This document shows, piece after piece, positions 30,231 through 40,551 of a stretch of DNA of 64,000 nt; within the stretch, counting starts at the first letter, position 1; every line of letters begins with the position of its first letter. The notes beneath the pieces were generated by a model. That model made no database searches. It was not told the DNA's origin and was given only the letters and a program-made list of their open reading frames with translations. Source of the DNA: Deinococcales bacterium (lineage in GTDB: Bacteria > Deinococcota > Deinococci > Deinococcales > JAAFIG01); assembly GCA_043778225.1 (NCBI GenBank), contig JAYWGM010000079.1:14094-78093 (forward strand), written 5' to 3'. The position numbers were made by a program, and so were the translations under genes.

Positions 30231-30794
30231 TCATGCGACAACCTCCTCGGGGGTGTGGGTGGCACGTTCCTCGAGGGTTTCTCGAGCTTGCTTGCCTTCT
30301 GGTTCGCGCTTGACCAATGCCACTGCACCAACCACAGCAATAATCAGCAGCAACGAAACTGCTTCAAAAGGCAACAGAAATTTTGTGAACAGCACTTCGC
30401 CCACAGGACCCGGTGTACCACCTTGCAATGCCTTGGCTGCTGTCTCGAGAACCTTTGGGGCTTTGTACAAAAATGCCATGTACGCCAATGCACCCGCCAG
30501 CACAATCCCACCTGCAATCGCCACAGGAGCAACAAGCGGCAATGGGTCTTCGGCTTGGTCTGGATACTGCGCGTTCAAAAGCATAATCACAAACAAAAAC
30601 AGCACCATAATCGCACCCGCATACACAATCACTTGGACACTGGCTAAGAACTGCGCCTCGAGCGTCACAAAAATACAGGCTAAAGTCAGCAGCGTTCCTA
30701 CCAACGACAACGCACTATAAAGCGCGTTCTTCCACAGCACCGTACCAAGCGCCCCAGCTATTGCCAATAAGGACAATAATACGAAAACAATCAC
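30231..30794 (-). CDS. nuoJ: NADH-quinone oxidoreductase subunit J
   Basis: [20 protein letters not shown]. Confidence 0.95.
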   Translation of the reverse strand: MIVFVLLSLLAIAGALGTVLWKNALYSALSLVGTLLTLACIFVTLEAQFLASVQVIVYAGAIMVLFLFVIMLLNAQYPDQAEDPLPLVAPVAIAGGIVLAGALAYMAFLYKAPKVLETAAKALQGGTPGPVGEVLFTKFLLPFEAVSLLLIIAVVGAVALVKREPEGKQARETLEERATHTPEEVVA

Positions 30795-31471
30795 CGTTTC
30801 ACTCCTTCCTTATGTGGAGCTATTGGTGCATCGTGAACTCGAGACGGACTCGAGCGGCTGATGTCATCCCCAGCATCCCGCACCACCGATTCTACACCCA
30901 CACCCGAGGCTGGCAAACTCGAGACTCGCTTATTCGGGTTTTTCAGTGCCTCGAGCGCCTCTGCGACCTCGGCTCGAGGGGTGATGGTGTAACCAGGTTT
31001 GACTGGCTTATTTTTAGCGCTGGCTTCGCGGCGTTGCGGTTTTGTACCCGTTACCCCGACCATCATGTCTTCTTTACCGTAGACAAAATCTCGAGACTTA
31101 TAGTCTGCCAATTCAAAATCTGTACCCAGAATAATTGCACCAGTTGGACACGCCTCCTCGCACATTCCACAGAAAATGCAGCGCAGCATATTGATTTCGT
31201 AGACCGAAGCGTACCTCTCCCCTGCCGAAACCGTGTTGCTCGAGGTATTCTCGGCAGCTTCGACATAAATCGCATACGCAGGGCAAGCTGCGGCGCAAAG
31301 CGAACAGCCAATGCACTTTTCGAGTCCATTAGCGTGCTTTGTGAGAATATGCCGACCACGAAAACGCGGTTGCAAACGAATAGGGCTTTCCGGATAAGAA
31401 ACGGTTAGCGGCTTTTGGAACAATTTGCCAAGGGTTGTACCCATCCCTTTAGCGATCTCGAGAACACCCAT
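30791..31471 (-). CDS. nuoI: NADH-quinone oxidoreductase subunit I
   Basis: [12 protein letters not shown] and [15 protein letters not shown] 31471 with GGAGG. Confidence 0.95.
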   Translation of the reverse strand: MGVLEIAKGMGTTLGKLFQKPLTVSYPESPIRLQPRFRGRHILTKHANGLEKCIGCSLCAAACPAYAIYVEAAENTSSNTVSAGERYASVYEINMLRCIFCGMCEEACPTGAIILGTDFELADYKSRDFVYGKEDMMVGVTGTKPQRREASAKNKPVKPGYTITPRAEVAEALEALKNPNKRVSSLPASGVGVESVVRDAGDDISRSSPSRVHDAPIAPHKEGVKR

Positions 31472-31506
31472 TTTAAGAACCTCCACAGCAACGCAGAATA
31501 GTATCA

Positions 31507-32103
31507 CTAATTAACATAAACCAATTCGTCCAATTTTTGGAATAAACTCTTTGAATCAATGACCCAAAATCCATTTTCTTTGTTTACTAGAACATTCAAA
31601 ACATAAGATTCTGTATTAAAATTACCAGAATTAATGTCTTTTCGGACATTTTCCGCAATGGCTGACTCAACATCAACATTTTGGGCTTTCTTTTTTGCAA
31701 TATCCGTCGCTATTGCAAATGTAGCAAGCATAGAAACTCTTGATAAATCTGGCACTTCAGCAAAGATTTTAACTTTGGTACGACTTTCTTCTTGGAAAAT
31801 TTCTGAGACTTGAAATCGCATCTTTTGAAAAGCCAGAATATTCAGCGTTTTGCTGCTCTTCATAAGATTTGCGAATTTCTTTGAATTCATCAATAGAAGT
31901 TCAACTTCAGATGCTTTAGCAAAATATGCACTCAACTGGGTATTAAACATATTTTTTTGATCAAGCTCATCAGAACTTCCAAATAACTTTGTACCAGTAT
32001 AATAACCAGCAAAAGCGATAAGAAGCATCCGCGAAACACGCCAGAACTTTTGACGGTTTTGTTCTTGCATTTCAGCTTGTTTGATAATTTTTTCAGTATC
32101 CAT
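31507..32103 (-). CDS. Hypothetical membrane-anchored protein inserted between nuoH and nuoI
   Basis: 198-aa AT-rich ORF, one N-terminal hydrophobic segment, no CTCGAG seen. Confidence 0.75.
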   Translation of the reverse strand: MDTEKIIKQAEMQEQNRQKFWRVSRMLLIAFAGYYTGTKLFGSSDELDQKNMFNTQLSAYFAKASEVELLLMNSKKFANLMKSSKTLNILAFQKMRFQVSEIFQEESRTKVKIFAEVPDLSRVSMLATFAIATDIAKKKAQNVDVESAIAENVRKDINSGNFNTESYVLNVLVNKENGFWVIDSKSLFQKLDELVYVN

Positions 32104-32209
32104 AATAATTCGCTCTATCAGCCAGCAGCATTAGCTCGATCAGGGGCTACTCGGCAATATGCCTAAAATAAACTTCCCAAATTGAGAATGAAATATCATT
32201 AACCGCAAA

Positions 32210-32278
32210 GGGCGAGGCAAGCCCCGCCCCTACGACAAAAACTGTCTTCAGCCGTAGGGGTTGGGCTTGCCCAACCCC
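32210..32278. repeat. Divergent GTAG-REP doublet
   Basis: 32210-32233 (-) and GTAGGGGTTGGGCTTGCCCAACCCC 32254-32278 (+). Confidence 0.85.
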
Positions 32279-32279
32279 A

Positions 32280-32467
32280 CCATTCACAAATTTTATTTCT
32301 GGACAAATCCTAGGTATTTTCATGGGCGCAATTCCTCGAGTTCTTCGGCTATGCGTTGTGCTGGCGTTCCCATATCAAGCATAGGACTCCAAATTTCAGC
32401 ATACTTCGGCATACGGCATACTCAGGTCTTCAGAAACAGCTTGGTACGGAAACTTAACGTAGCTCAT
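32280..32467 (-). pseudogene. Chain of short gene relics (MSYVKFPYQ..., MLDMGTP..., MKIPR...)
   Basis: Short ORFs, two starting at ATGA overlaps; resemble N-termini of an aspartyl-protease-like partner and HicA-like genes (by eye). Confidence 0.4.
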
Positions 32468-32676
32468 GCTTTTAGACTTTGGAGTAATTCCTGGAAAGGA
32501 GTGGGTGGTTCATGTGAGAGCATTGGAGAACGCAACTCAATCTTCTTACCTTTCCATCGCTTTGCAGCTTCGTGACTAGCGCGAATCAATTGAATTTCCT
32601 CGAGTTCAAATTCCAACTCAGTCAATTCTTCAGGGTTAAACCCATCTAGTTGGGCAATTACTTCTTGTACATTCAT
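32464..32676 (-). CDS. Small antitoxin-like hypothetical protein
   Basis: GGAGGTG SD before ATG 32676; acidic helical N-terminus. Confidence 0.6.
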   Translation of the reverse strand: MNVQEVIAQLDGFNPEELTELEFELEEIQLIRASHEAAKRWKGKKIELRSPMLSHEPPTPFQELLQSLKA

Positions 32677-32701
32677 GCCGTTCACCTCCAACATCATTCT
32701 A

Positions 32702-33826
32702 TCAGTCACCAGCACTGGCTCGAGCAGGTGCTGGTCGCACAGGGTTTCTCGAGGTAATCACAAAAATGAGTATCAGGGCAACAAAGCTAATTCCGCCCAG
32801 AATCCACGGGCTGCCAGTTGGTAAGTACCCTCTGAATCCTGCTGCCACAAGCGTATTGCCAAGTGCCACTGGGAATAAGAACTTCCAACCAAACTGCATT
32901 AACTTGTCGTACCGCATCCGTGGCAGTGTGGCACGAACCCAGATGAAAATAAACAAGAACACACCGATTTTGGCGTACAACCAAATGAATGGAATGTTCC
33001 CAATGTTAAACCCAGCTATCTCGAGATTCGGTCCTTTATACCCACCAAAGAACAGGGTCGCCATGACCGCCGAAGCCGTAATCATTGCGACGTACTCCGC
33101 CATTTGAAACAATGCCCATTTGATACTCGAGTATTCGGTTAGGAAACCCGCCACCAGTTCTTGTTCGGCTTCTGGAAGGTCAAACGGTGAGCGATTCGTT
33201 TCGGCAAAGGCTGCCACAAAAAAAGTCATGAATGCCACACATTGAAACAGAATTAACCAACCATTCGCGGTTTGCCATTTGACAATCTCGAGCAGGTTCA
33301 TGCTGCCCACCAGAATCAGCAGTCCAAGTACACTTAAACCCATTGCAAGTTCGTAGCTGATGACTTGAGCGCTGGCACGAAGCCCGCCCAGAAGCGGGTA
33401 TTTGCTGCCCGAAGCCCAACCGCCAAGGAAAATTCCGTACACACCCATGCTGGTCGTACCAAGAATAAACAACAACCCAATGTCAAGGTTAAACACCCAA
33501 GGGTCAGTGCCGAATAGACTGCCCGCAGGACCGGCTGGAATTGCACCAAAAGCCGTTAAGGACATGGTAATGGCAATCAGAGGCGCAAGCCAATAAACAA
33601 ATTTATCTGCCAGTGTAATGTTGACATCTTCCTTGAAAATACTTTTAATTGCATCAGCAAGAGGTTGTGCCAAGCCAAGCGGACCACCAACCCGATTCGG
33701 ACCGTGACGCATTTGGAAACGCCCAAGCAAACGGCGTTCGATTAGGGTCATATAGGCGAAAGTAGTTAATAACCCGAGGGCTACGCCAACGGCTTTTAGT
33801 AAAACAATAAGTATCTCGAGAATCAT
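32702..33826 (-). CDS. nuoH: NADH-quinone oxidoreductase subunit H
   Basis: [46 protein letters not shown]. Confidence 0.96.
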   Translation of the reverse strand: MILEILIVLLKAVGVALGLLTTFAYMTLIERRLLGRFQMRHGPNRVGGPLGLAQPLADAIKSIFKEDVNITLADKFVYWLAPLIAITMSLTAFGAIPAGPAGSLFGTDPWVFNLDIGLLFILGTTSMGVYGIFLGGWASGSKYPLLGGLRASAQVISYELAMGLSVLGLLILVGSMNLLEIVKWQTANGWLILFQCVAFMTFFVAAFAETNRSPFDLPEAEQELVAGFLTEYSSIKWALFQMAEYVAMITASAVMATLFFGGYKGPNLEIAGFNIGNIPFIWLYAKIGVFLFIFIWVRATLPRMRYDKLMQFGWKFLFPVALGNTLVAAGFRGYLPTGSPWILGGISFVALILIFVITSRNPVRPAPARASAGD

Positions 33827-33833
33827 ATTTTCC

Positions 33834-34442
33834 TTATGGATTGAGATTGAATGGGTCAAGATTACTTTGAGCTACACGGAATTTTTCATCGCCAGTACCA
33901 CGGTTCACTACAATCGTAAAAGAAAACGTTTTATCTATATTTGCCAAGTCACTTAGATTTAGTTGATCGAAATCGTATCTCAAGCCCGGCAACACACCTT
34001 CCACGGTAGCATTGCGGAGTTGCGCGAACTCTTTACCATCTTTATCTTCTAAGGAAAGATACAACGAAACTTTTTTGAAATCTGTTTCTTTAGTAAATAC
34101 AACAACATGAGCATGGGCATCTCTGACTTGTTGCTTGAACGCACTTGAAGAAAAATATTGATCTCGAGCAGCAGGTGTTTGCAATACAAAACTAAGAAGT
34201 TGGCAAAAAATACCAACCTTACCTGGTGTTGACATAAAATTAACAGCACCATTTGCTGAAGCAAAAGGCTTCTGACCCACATAGTTTCCAGGCGATTGGG
34301 TCACAGCAGCTGTACACCCCTTTTGCGCTGCACTTTCTGATGCCACAAAAACTGTCCTTGACCAACTTTCACCACCTATTGTTCCAGGGGCGCAGCTAAC
34401 AACCAGTCCCAAGAAAACAAAAATCATTACTTTTTTCACCAT
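33834..34442 (-). CDS. Putative lipoprotein inserted between nuoG and nuoH
   Basis: Signal peptide with lipobox-like LVVSC; AGAGG SD. Confidence 0.7.
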   Translation of the reverse strand: MVKKVMIFVFLGLVVSCAPGTIGGESWSRTVFVASESAAQKGCTAAVTQSPGNYVGQKPFASANGAVNFMSTPGKVGIFCQLLSFVLQTPAARDQYFSSSAFKQQVRDAHAHVVVFTKETDFKKVSLYLSLEDKDGKEFAQLRNATVEGVLPGLRYDFDQLNLSDLANIDKTFSFTIVVNRGTGDEKFRVAQSNLDPFNLNP

Positions 34443-34454
34443 AAATAACCTCTC

Positions 34455-34712
34455 TTAACGATCATAAACTTCACTGCGATGCCCAACTCGAACAGCCGTT
34501 AGTTTCCGACCTTGTTCATCAACATCAAATAAAATTCGGTAATCTCCTACTCGAGTACGAAAATATGTTTCACCAGTCAATTAAATCACACCTTGTTTCT
34601 TTAGATTCTCGAGCAGCCCCTGCAATTCAAGTAGCACCCTTTTTTGAATACTTTGTTCTAATCGCTCAAATTGTTTTGCAAAGTCCTTACCTAAGATCAA
34701 TTCAAACCTCAC
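34455..34712 (-). pseudogene. RelE/ParE family toxin with one internal TAA (34581-34583)
   Basis: VRFELILGKDFAKQF..GVI*LTGETYFRTRVGDYRILF..VGHRSEVY; GTGA overlap with the upstream antitoxin. Confidence 0.85.
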
Positions 34713-34924
34713 AAATCCACACCTACTCTGGCTGCTAATGCTTTAATCGTGATTTGTTCACCATTTTCTCGAGCATCTGCAACCAATTGCGGCATTTGGG
34801 CTGCATCTCGAGCATCAAAGAGTTGATGAATGAGTTCTTCGTACTCCTCGAGCGGTAAGACGATATGAGTTTTATGCCCGTGAGTATTGGTTAAGTATTG
34901 ATGTTGATTCTGAATTTGCATCAT
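34709..34924 (-). CDS. Antitoxin (RelB/Phd-like)
   Basis: QYLTN..G.KTHIVLPLEEYEEL; directly upstream of the RelE pseudogene. Confidence 0.75.
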   Translation of the reverse strand: MMQIQNQHQYLTNTHGHKTHIVLPLEEYEELIHQLFDARDAAQMPQLVADARENGEQITIKALAARVGVDL

Positions 34925-35373
34925 TGATTATCGCCTCCAAATCTCATTTTGCAAGGATAGTTATGGGTTCGTAACGCTTCATAAAAAGCATTCATACCAT
35001 TCCTTTCATCTTCTACCATCAATTGGTATAAATCTAAAACCATTTCTTGGAGTTCAAGAAGCGTTCTGCCCTGAGTCACGAGTTGAGGATGACTTTCTAT
35101 CTGACCAAGCCAAAAATCTTCTTCTTTCCAATACTGCATTGTGATTTTAGGAGTTATTACTCGAGTTTTATAGGCTCGAGAACTCCAAGGGCGACTTTGT
35201 ACATTTTCCAAAAAAACTTGCTCTTCTTCGGTGCTGGTTGCAAGGGCTTGAGCGGCAGCTTTTAGGCGTTCGCGTTTTTGTTTTTGCAACAATACTTGAA
35301 TTTCCTCGAGTTGCACAGGATTTGACTTTTGAACATCTTCTATTACTTTTTGCAACGTGATCATTTTAATCAT
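34921..35373 (-). CDS. HicB-like protein, apparently a chimeric fusion
   Basis: C-half YWKEEDFWLG..HP..TQGRTLLEL resembles HicB; unrelated-looking N-half. Confidence 0.65.
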   Translation of the reverse strand: MIKMITLQKVIEDVQKSNPVQLEEIQVLLQKQKRERLKAAAQALATSTEEEQVFLENVQSRPWSSRAYKTRVITPKITMQYWKEEDFWLGQIESHPQLVTQGRTLLELQEMVLDLYQLMVEDERNGMNAFYEALRTHNYPCKMRFGGDNQ

Positions 35374-37732
35374 CGCCTCCTGCCATAACTGCTATTTTGA
35401 CACTCGAGAGCGCTCCAGACAAATCTGAATTTAAGGCTGGGAGTGTAGGCGCAGAGACTGCATCGTCAATCCGAACAGTCACGGCTCGAGACTTCCCGCC
35501 GACCTCAACTTCGAGGTTAAATCCGTCACGCACACCCATTTTTTGTGCGTCGCTCGAGTTGACGGTCAGGTAATCCGCGCCGATACTTTGGCGAATACGT
35601 TCGCTCGAAAGCATATTTTCAGTCCACATTCGCGGTACAATCAGCACCGTTTCACCCGTGGTTGAACGTACAATTGGTGCGGAACGACTCGAGACTGTTT
35701 TACTTGGGAATGCACCCTCTACAGCAATTTTGTCCATTTCGAGACCAAATTTATCTTGCAGTATTCGTTGGGCGCTGCGAGTTCCCCGAATCTCGAGTTT
35801 GGCACTCATGGCATCGGACAGCACTTGTAAAGCCCCAATCATGTCCACGCCTTGTCCGCCATCCACAGCAGCCCCAGCCAGTGGCAAAAGCCGACCCTCG
35901 AGGTTCATGGTTGTGCCGCGTTTCTCATAAGCAGTTAGGGCGGGCAGGACAACATCTGCCTCGAGTGCCGCGCCAGTCAAAGTATGGGTGTGAACCACCA
36001 AAAGCTCGAGCGATTTAGGGCGATTACTGAGCATAGAGCCTGACACAAACAAGCCTTTTAAGCCATCCCACTGCCCAAAACTCCGACCATTCTTAGCTGG
36101 TACAAGTTCGAGTGTCTCGAGTCCAGCGCCGTTAGCACCTGCGGGTATCGGCATGATTTTCCCACCGAGTTTCTTGGCGGCAGCCAGCACTTTCTCGGCA
36201 TCGGAGGCAAGTGCGAAACTACCCAATACAATCACAGGGTTTTTTGCACCAGCCAAAAGTTTACCCGCCGCATTTGCTTGGGCATTGCTCGAGTCACTGC
36301 CTGACTTGGCTTGGTTAATAGCGCTGAGTAACTCGAGTTCAGAACCCACCGCGTACAAACTCGAGATTCCTGCGTGACTCATTTGTTGCACTGGAATTGG
36401 CGCAAACACCGCGAGTTTAGAGCGCTTTCTATCCATGCGTTCTTTGAGGCGCAAATCGGCTAACGGCGCACCATGATTAAATTGCACATCCGAAGAAAGA
36501 ACACCCTTTAAGCTCTCCTCTATTCGCAGGTACGCCGTGCCAGATTCCTCGTATAAATCCGCACCAATCACAATAATCGCGTCGGACTTGGCAAGGTCGG
36601 TAAAGGTTGCTCGAGGCACACCACCCAAAGCACTGTTGTAACGCGGGAAGTGGTCTACGTTAATCGTGGCAATGGTCTTAGCAAACGACTCGAGTGCCAC
36701 GCCCTCCTCTAGCGTAATGTCCGCACTGGTGTACAACCCAAGGCTTTTCGGCTCGAGATTCGCGGCAATAATCCATTCCACAGCCTCATCAAAGGTCGCA
36801 GGCTCGAGTTTGCCATTCTTACGCACCATCGGCACACGCACCCGAGCATCGGCATCCACCCATTCATGCCCGAAACGCTGCGCGTCAGAAATCCAAATTT
36901 CATTAACCTCTTTGTTATGCGCGGCTCGAATCCGTTCAATCCGCCCAGTTCGGGCATCCACCCAGATACTCGAGCCATCAGCGTTGCTCATATCGGTGGT
37001 TTGGGTGCGGTCATATTCCCAGTTGCGCCCACGGAATCTCGAGACGTTATCCAGCAGCGCTCCGACAGGACAAAGGTCGTTGATGTTGCCACTAAAATTC
37101 CCGAGTTTTGCACCCGCCAAGTCTTCGGATTGGTAGGAATCTATGAAAGTATGCCCACCGCGTTCAATAAAATCCAGCACTTCCTCGCCCGGAATCTCCT
37201 CGAAGTACCGCACGCAGCGCTTACAGTGAATGCAGCGTTCCTTGTCCAGCACAATAAAATCTGATAGTGCATGGTGTTTGTCGGCATGACGGCGGGTAAA
37301 TTCAAAACGCGCCTCGCCGTAACCATATTCGTAAGCCCGGTCTTGGAGTTCACACGCGCCGCCCTTATCGCAGGTAGGGCAATCGAGTGGATGATTGATG
37401 AGGGTAAACTCCATCATGCCAGCCTGAGCCTTCACTGCCGCATCGGTTGTGGTTTTAATTACCATGCCTTCGGAAGTTGCCAACGTACAACTTGCCACTG
37501 TACCTGGAAAGAAAAACAGTTTCGGCACACCATTCTCGAGAATCCAAGAACCATCAGGATTCTTACGCGGCGAACCCGCTTCCACCAGACACATTCGACA
37601 CGCACCAATTGGCGAAAGGTACTCGTTCGAGCAGAAATAAGGCACATCGAAACCCGCTTGAAAAACAGCATCCAAAGCAGATGCACCATTAGGGACTTCG
37701 ATTTCACGATCATTCACGATTACTTTTGGCAT
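35366..37732 (-). CDS. nuoG: NADH-quinone oxidoreductase subunit G
   Basis: [39 protein letters not shown]. Confidence 0.96.
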   Translation of the reverse strand: MPKVIVNDREIEVPNGASALDAVFQAGFDVPYFCSNEYLSPIGACRMCLVEAGSPRKNPDGSWILENGVPKLFFFPGTVASCTLATSEGMVIKTTTDAAVKAQAGMMEFTLINHPLDCPTCDKGGACELQDRAYEYGYGEARFEFTRRHADKHHALSDFIVLDKERCIHCKRCVRYFEEIPGEEVLDFIERGGHTFIDSYQSEDLAGAKLGNFSGNINDLCPVGALLDNVSRFRGRNWEYDRTQTTDMSNADGSSIWVDARTGRIERIRAAHNKEVNEIWISDAQRFGHEWVDADARVRVPMVRKNGKLEPATFDEAVEWIIAANLEPKSLGLYTSADITLEEGVALESFAKTIATINVDHFPRYNSALGGVPRATFTDLAKSDAIIVIGADLYEESGTAYLRIEESLKGVLSSDVQFNHGAPLADLRLKERMDRKRSKLAVFAPIPVQQMSHAGISSLYAVGSELELLSAINQAKSGSDSSNAQANAAGKLLAGAKNPVIVLGSFALASDAEKVLAAAKKLGGKIMPIPAGANGAGLETLELVPAKNGRSFGQWDGLKGLFVSGSMLSNRPKSLELLVVHTHTLTGAALEADVVLPALTAYEKRGTTMNLEGRLLPLAGAAVDGGQGVDMIGALQVLSDAMSAKLEIRGTRSAQRILQDKFGLEMDKIAVEGAFPSKTVSSRSAPIVRSTTGETVLIVPRMWTENMLSSERIRQSIGADYLTVNSSDAQKMGVRDGFNLEVEVGGKSRAVTVRIDDAVSAPTLPALNSDLSGALSSVKIAVMAGGDD

Positions 37733-37746
37733 TGAACTTCCTCCAC

Positions 37747-38079
37747 TTATTTACTCATTCGGACGATTGAAAAAGTAGCTTCTCGAGCCACACGATAAAA
37801 AGCTTGAAAACTCGAGTTGACCTCATGCAATTTTACTTTCTCAAGAATAAATTCACCTACAAAGTTTGTCTCATTTATAACTTCCTGAATTCCTTTTTGG
37901 ACTGCCGAGTCATAATTATCTATGTCTAACCAAATTACTTCTGAATGATATGAAAAAATAGCGTTTGGTATGTAATGAAGCGTAATTCCAGCTTGAATAT
38001 AGCGACCACCTTGGTACTCACAAAACTCAAGATCAAGTCGATTTGCACCAATCCCAGAAGTAGTCATAGCGATACTCAT
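37747..38079 (-). CDS. Hypothetical protein resembling a stand-alone EF-G domain IV
   Basis: YDSAVQKGIQE and HEVNSSFQAF recall EF-G YIPAVEKGI.E and H(D/E)VDSSEMAF. Confidence 0.55.
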   Translation of the reverse strand: MSIAMTTSGIGANRLDLEFCEYQGGRYIQAGITLHYIPNAIFSYHSEVIWLDIDNYDSAVQKGIQEVINETNFVGEFILEKVKLHEVNSSFQAFYRVAREATFSIVRMSK

Positions 38080-38143
38080 ATACCCACCTCGAGCGAAGCG
38101 TTTTTATCTTCTCGAGTATTGCCTTGTGGCTTTTGCATCGGCT

Positions 38144-38638
38144 TCATGCTTCACGCTCACTTTGCATCAGCTTAAAATGATTTTTGCCTGCTGAGAACAA
38201 CACATCAAACTCAAGGAAAAAATTCATTGTCCCCAGTATCAAACGTGCATCTAGACTTTGCGACCATGCAAAAACCAGCTTGACTGGCTTAAAATCTGCC
38301 ACTCGAGCTTGAAGTACCACACCTCGAGCTTTAGCTTGGGCAAGGTTGCCAGTCAGTGTTACAGGAATGTTTTGCTGATTCCAATCCAAGCCCAACTCGA
38401 GTCCGAGTTGAAATGGTAAGACATTCACGGTTGCACCCGTTGCAAGCAGAGCAATCGCCTCGGAGCGGCTTGAGCCAGATTGCAGGCAAATTGGCAGAAA
38501 CGGGGCAAATGTGTTTTCGGGAGTTTTTTGGAATTCAAAAGTCATGGTTTTCATGGCTCGAGCATAAGGCATGGAGCAAGGATGAACTGCACTTGCAAGA
38601 AGTAGGGTTAAAAAATAGGTTTGCAAGGCTTGATTCAT
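38144..38638 (-). CDS. Retropepsin-like aspartyl protease family protein, probably catalytically dead (alternative start 38554)
   Basis: ALLATGATVNVLP (DTGA changed to ATGA), LILGTMNFF. Confidence 0.65.
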   Translation of the reverse strand: MNQALQTYFLTLLLASAVHPCSMPYARAMKTMTFEFQKTPENTFAPFLPICLQSGSSRSEAIALLATGATVNVLPFQLGLELGLDWNQQNIPVTLTGNLAQAKARGVVLQARVADFKPVKLVFAWSQSLDARLILGTMNFFLEFDVLFSAGKNHFKLMQSEREA

Positions 38639-38659
38639 ACTTTCCTCCTTCTTCTTGAG

Positions 38660-39589
38660 CTAGGCAGCTTGATGTGCTACTTGAATGGATTGTGGTTCTT
38701 CTTGTGCGATCATGACACTGAATAAATCCGTTTGTGGGTTGGCTTGGTTGATTCGAGTTTGTGCCATTTCTTGGTATTTTTTGATTAGTTCGATGCCTAT
38801 AAATTGGCGTTGTAATTTTGTTGCGACAACTCCGGTTGTGCCTGAGCCTGCAAATGGGTCAAGAATAACATCGTGTTCTCGAGTTGAGGCGAGAATGCAG
38901 ATTTCGACGAGTTTTTCTGGGAAGACCGCAAAGTGTGAATCTCTAAATTTACTCAAGGGTATTTGCCATACAGTGCGTTTATTTCTGCCTTTAGGGTGGA
39001 ATGCTTGATCCCAGCGTCCGTCGTGAAGATTGCTGCTCCCTGCATTTTTGCCATTTTCGGGTGTGCCTCCTTCTTTGCCAAAATGGTTTCGTCCGCCTTT
39101 CATTCTGGATTGTTCGGTGAATGTAACGTGCGGTTCGCGGATAGCATCGGCATCGTAGTAATAATCTTGGTTGAGGGCGAATAAGAAAATATATTCATGG
39201 TCGGTGGTTGGACGGTTTTTGATACTCGAGGGCATGGCGTTGGGCTTGTGCCAAATAATGTCGGAACGCAGTAACCAACCATCATCTTGGAGTGCTAGTG
39301 CCACGCGCCATGGAACACCCAGTAAGCATTTGTCGCGGTAAGTATCGCCAAGGTTGAGCCAGAGTAAACCATTAGGTTTGAGTTTTTGTTTTAAGGGCTG
39401 AAAAATACTAACCAAGTTCGCCACATATTCTTGGAGTGTTGCTTCTTGTCCAATTTCCGCTTGATTTGGTTCTTCGGCGTAATTTCGTAAGCCAAAATAT
39501 GGTGGACTGGTGATAATGGCTTGAATAGACTGATTCTCGAGGTTAGGCGCAATCATTCGGGTATCCCCAAGGAGAACTTGATTGTTCAT
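38660..39589 (-). CDS. Beta-class amino DNA methyltransferase, likely N4-cytosine
   Basis: TSPPY near N-terminus, DPFAGSGTTG near C-terminus; DIIWHKPN, HEYIFL. Confidence 0.92.
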   Translation of the reverse strand: MNNQVLLGDTRMIAPNLENQSIQAIITSPPYFGLRNYAEEPNQAEIGQEATLQEYVANLVSIFQPLKQKLKPNGLLWLNLGDTYRDKCLLGVPWRVALALQDDGWLLRSDIIWHKPNAMPSSIKNRPTTDHEYIFLFALNQDYYYDADAIREPHVTFTEQSRMKGGRNHFGKEGGTPENGKNAGSSNLHDGRWDQAFHPKGRNKRTVWQIPLSKFRDSHFAVFPEKLVEICILASTREHDVILDPFAGSGTTGVVATKLQRQFIGIELIKKYQEMAQTRINQANPQTDLFSVMIAQEEPQSIQVAHQAA

Positions 39590-40551
39590 AATGCTTGTCC
39601 TTGCAATACTTTTTCGATGAATTGATTGAGTTGCACTTGTTTGGCTTGGTCAAAACCCATAAAGACATTGGGGTTCATGTTGAAATGAAAAACCAAGTCA
39701 ATTTGATTTTGAATCGTTTCGAGTTCATGCACAGACCAATTCTCGGCAATAATCACCACCACAATAAAACAATTGGCAGATTGAATATCGCTAATGGCAT
39801 TCATGATGTCTCGAGTGAACAGATGCGAATGCCCACCACCTTCGGTTTCTCGGGTTTTAACGGGAATAAAAATTTGTTGACTTTGGTTATTCTCGAGGAC
39901 TAAATTGGCAGATACATCTATGGTGTGATTTCCAACTTTGATTTGCTTATCAGCTATTTGAATTTCTTTGAATTGACCATAATTACCGTGAATCGAGTGA
40001 TACCATTGCAGGGCTATTCCCAGACCAATTCGCACATCAGCTTCTATTTTATTACCACTGATACTTCGTCTTGAACCTTCTAAACGATCAATCACCACTT
40101 CCCGAACAGCCTGCCATTCAAAACTCTTAACGGCTGACCTATACTCAAAAATCAGTTCGATTAAACCATCAGTTTCGGCTGTTATTTTCTCGATTTTGAC
40201 GAGCTTCTGCATTCTCGAGATCAGTGGTGCAAGTCGTTGTTGTGGAGCATCCCGTATCATCCATGCAAAAAAATAGAAGCAGGCTTTTTTATGCGGGTAT
40301 GGTCTGCCGACCCCATCAAACAGAAATGGTTTTTGTTGATTGCTTTGGTCATAGCAAGCCATGATTATGCTTTTAAGTTGTTCTTTTGAAGCAGTGAGTA
40401 GCAATTCATTCAACGTTAAGTGCGAACCTGTGACTTGTCGAGCAGTTCTTTCAATCCAATCATAAAAAGGTTTGGCTTGGTCGGCTAAAAGTGTTAGCTC
40501 AAGCAAGCGGTAATGTGCGATATTGACTTGGTGAACAATGATTTCTTTCAT
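39586..40551 (-). CDS. Putative type II restriction endonuclease
   Basis: ATGA-coupled to the MTase; ID..(x)n..PVKT nuclease-like core; LEGSRRSISG segment. Confidence 0.65.
   Translation of the reverse strand: MKEIIVHQVNIAHYRLLELTLLADQAKPFYDWIERTARQVTGSHLTLNELLLTASKEQLKSIIMACYDQSNQQKPFLFDGVGRPYPHKKACFYFFAWMIRDAPQQRLAPLISRMQKLVKIEKITAETDGLIELIFEYRSAVKSFEWQAVREVVIDRLEGSRRSISGNKIEADVRIGLGIALQWYHSIHGNYGQFKEIQIADKQIKVGNHTIDVSANLVLENNQSQQIFIPVKTRETEGGGHSHLFTRDIMNAISDIQSANCFIVVVIIAENWSVHELETIQNQIDLVFHFNMNPNVFMGFDQAKQVQLNQFIEKVLQGQAL

Noticed and set aside
34581..34583. Programmed readthrough or recoding in the RelE gene
   Set aside because: TAA is the ordinary stop throughout the window and there is no recoding signal; a nonsense mutation is simpler.
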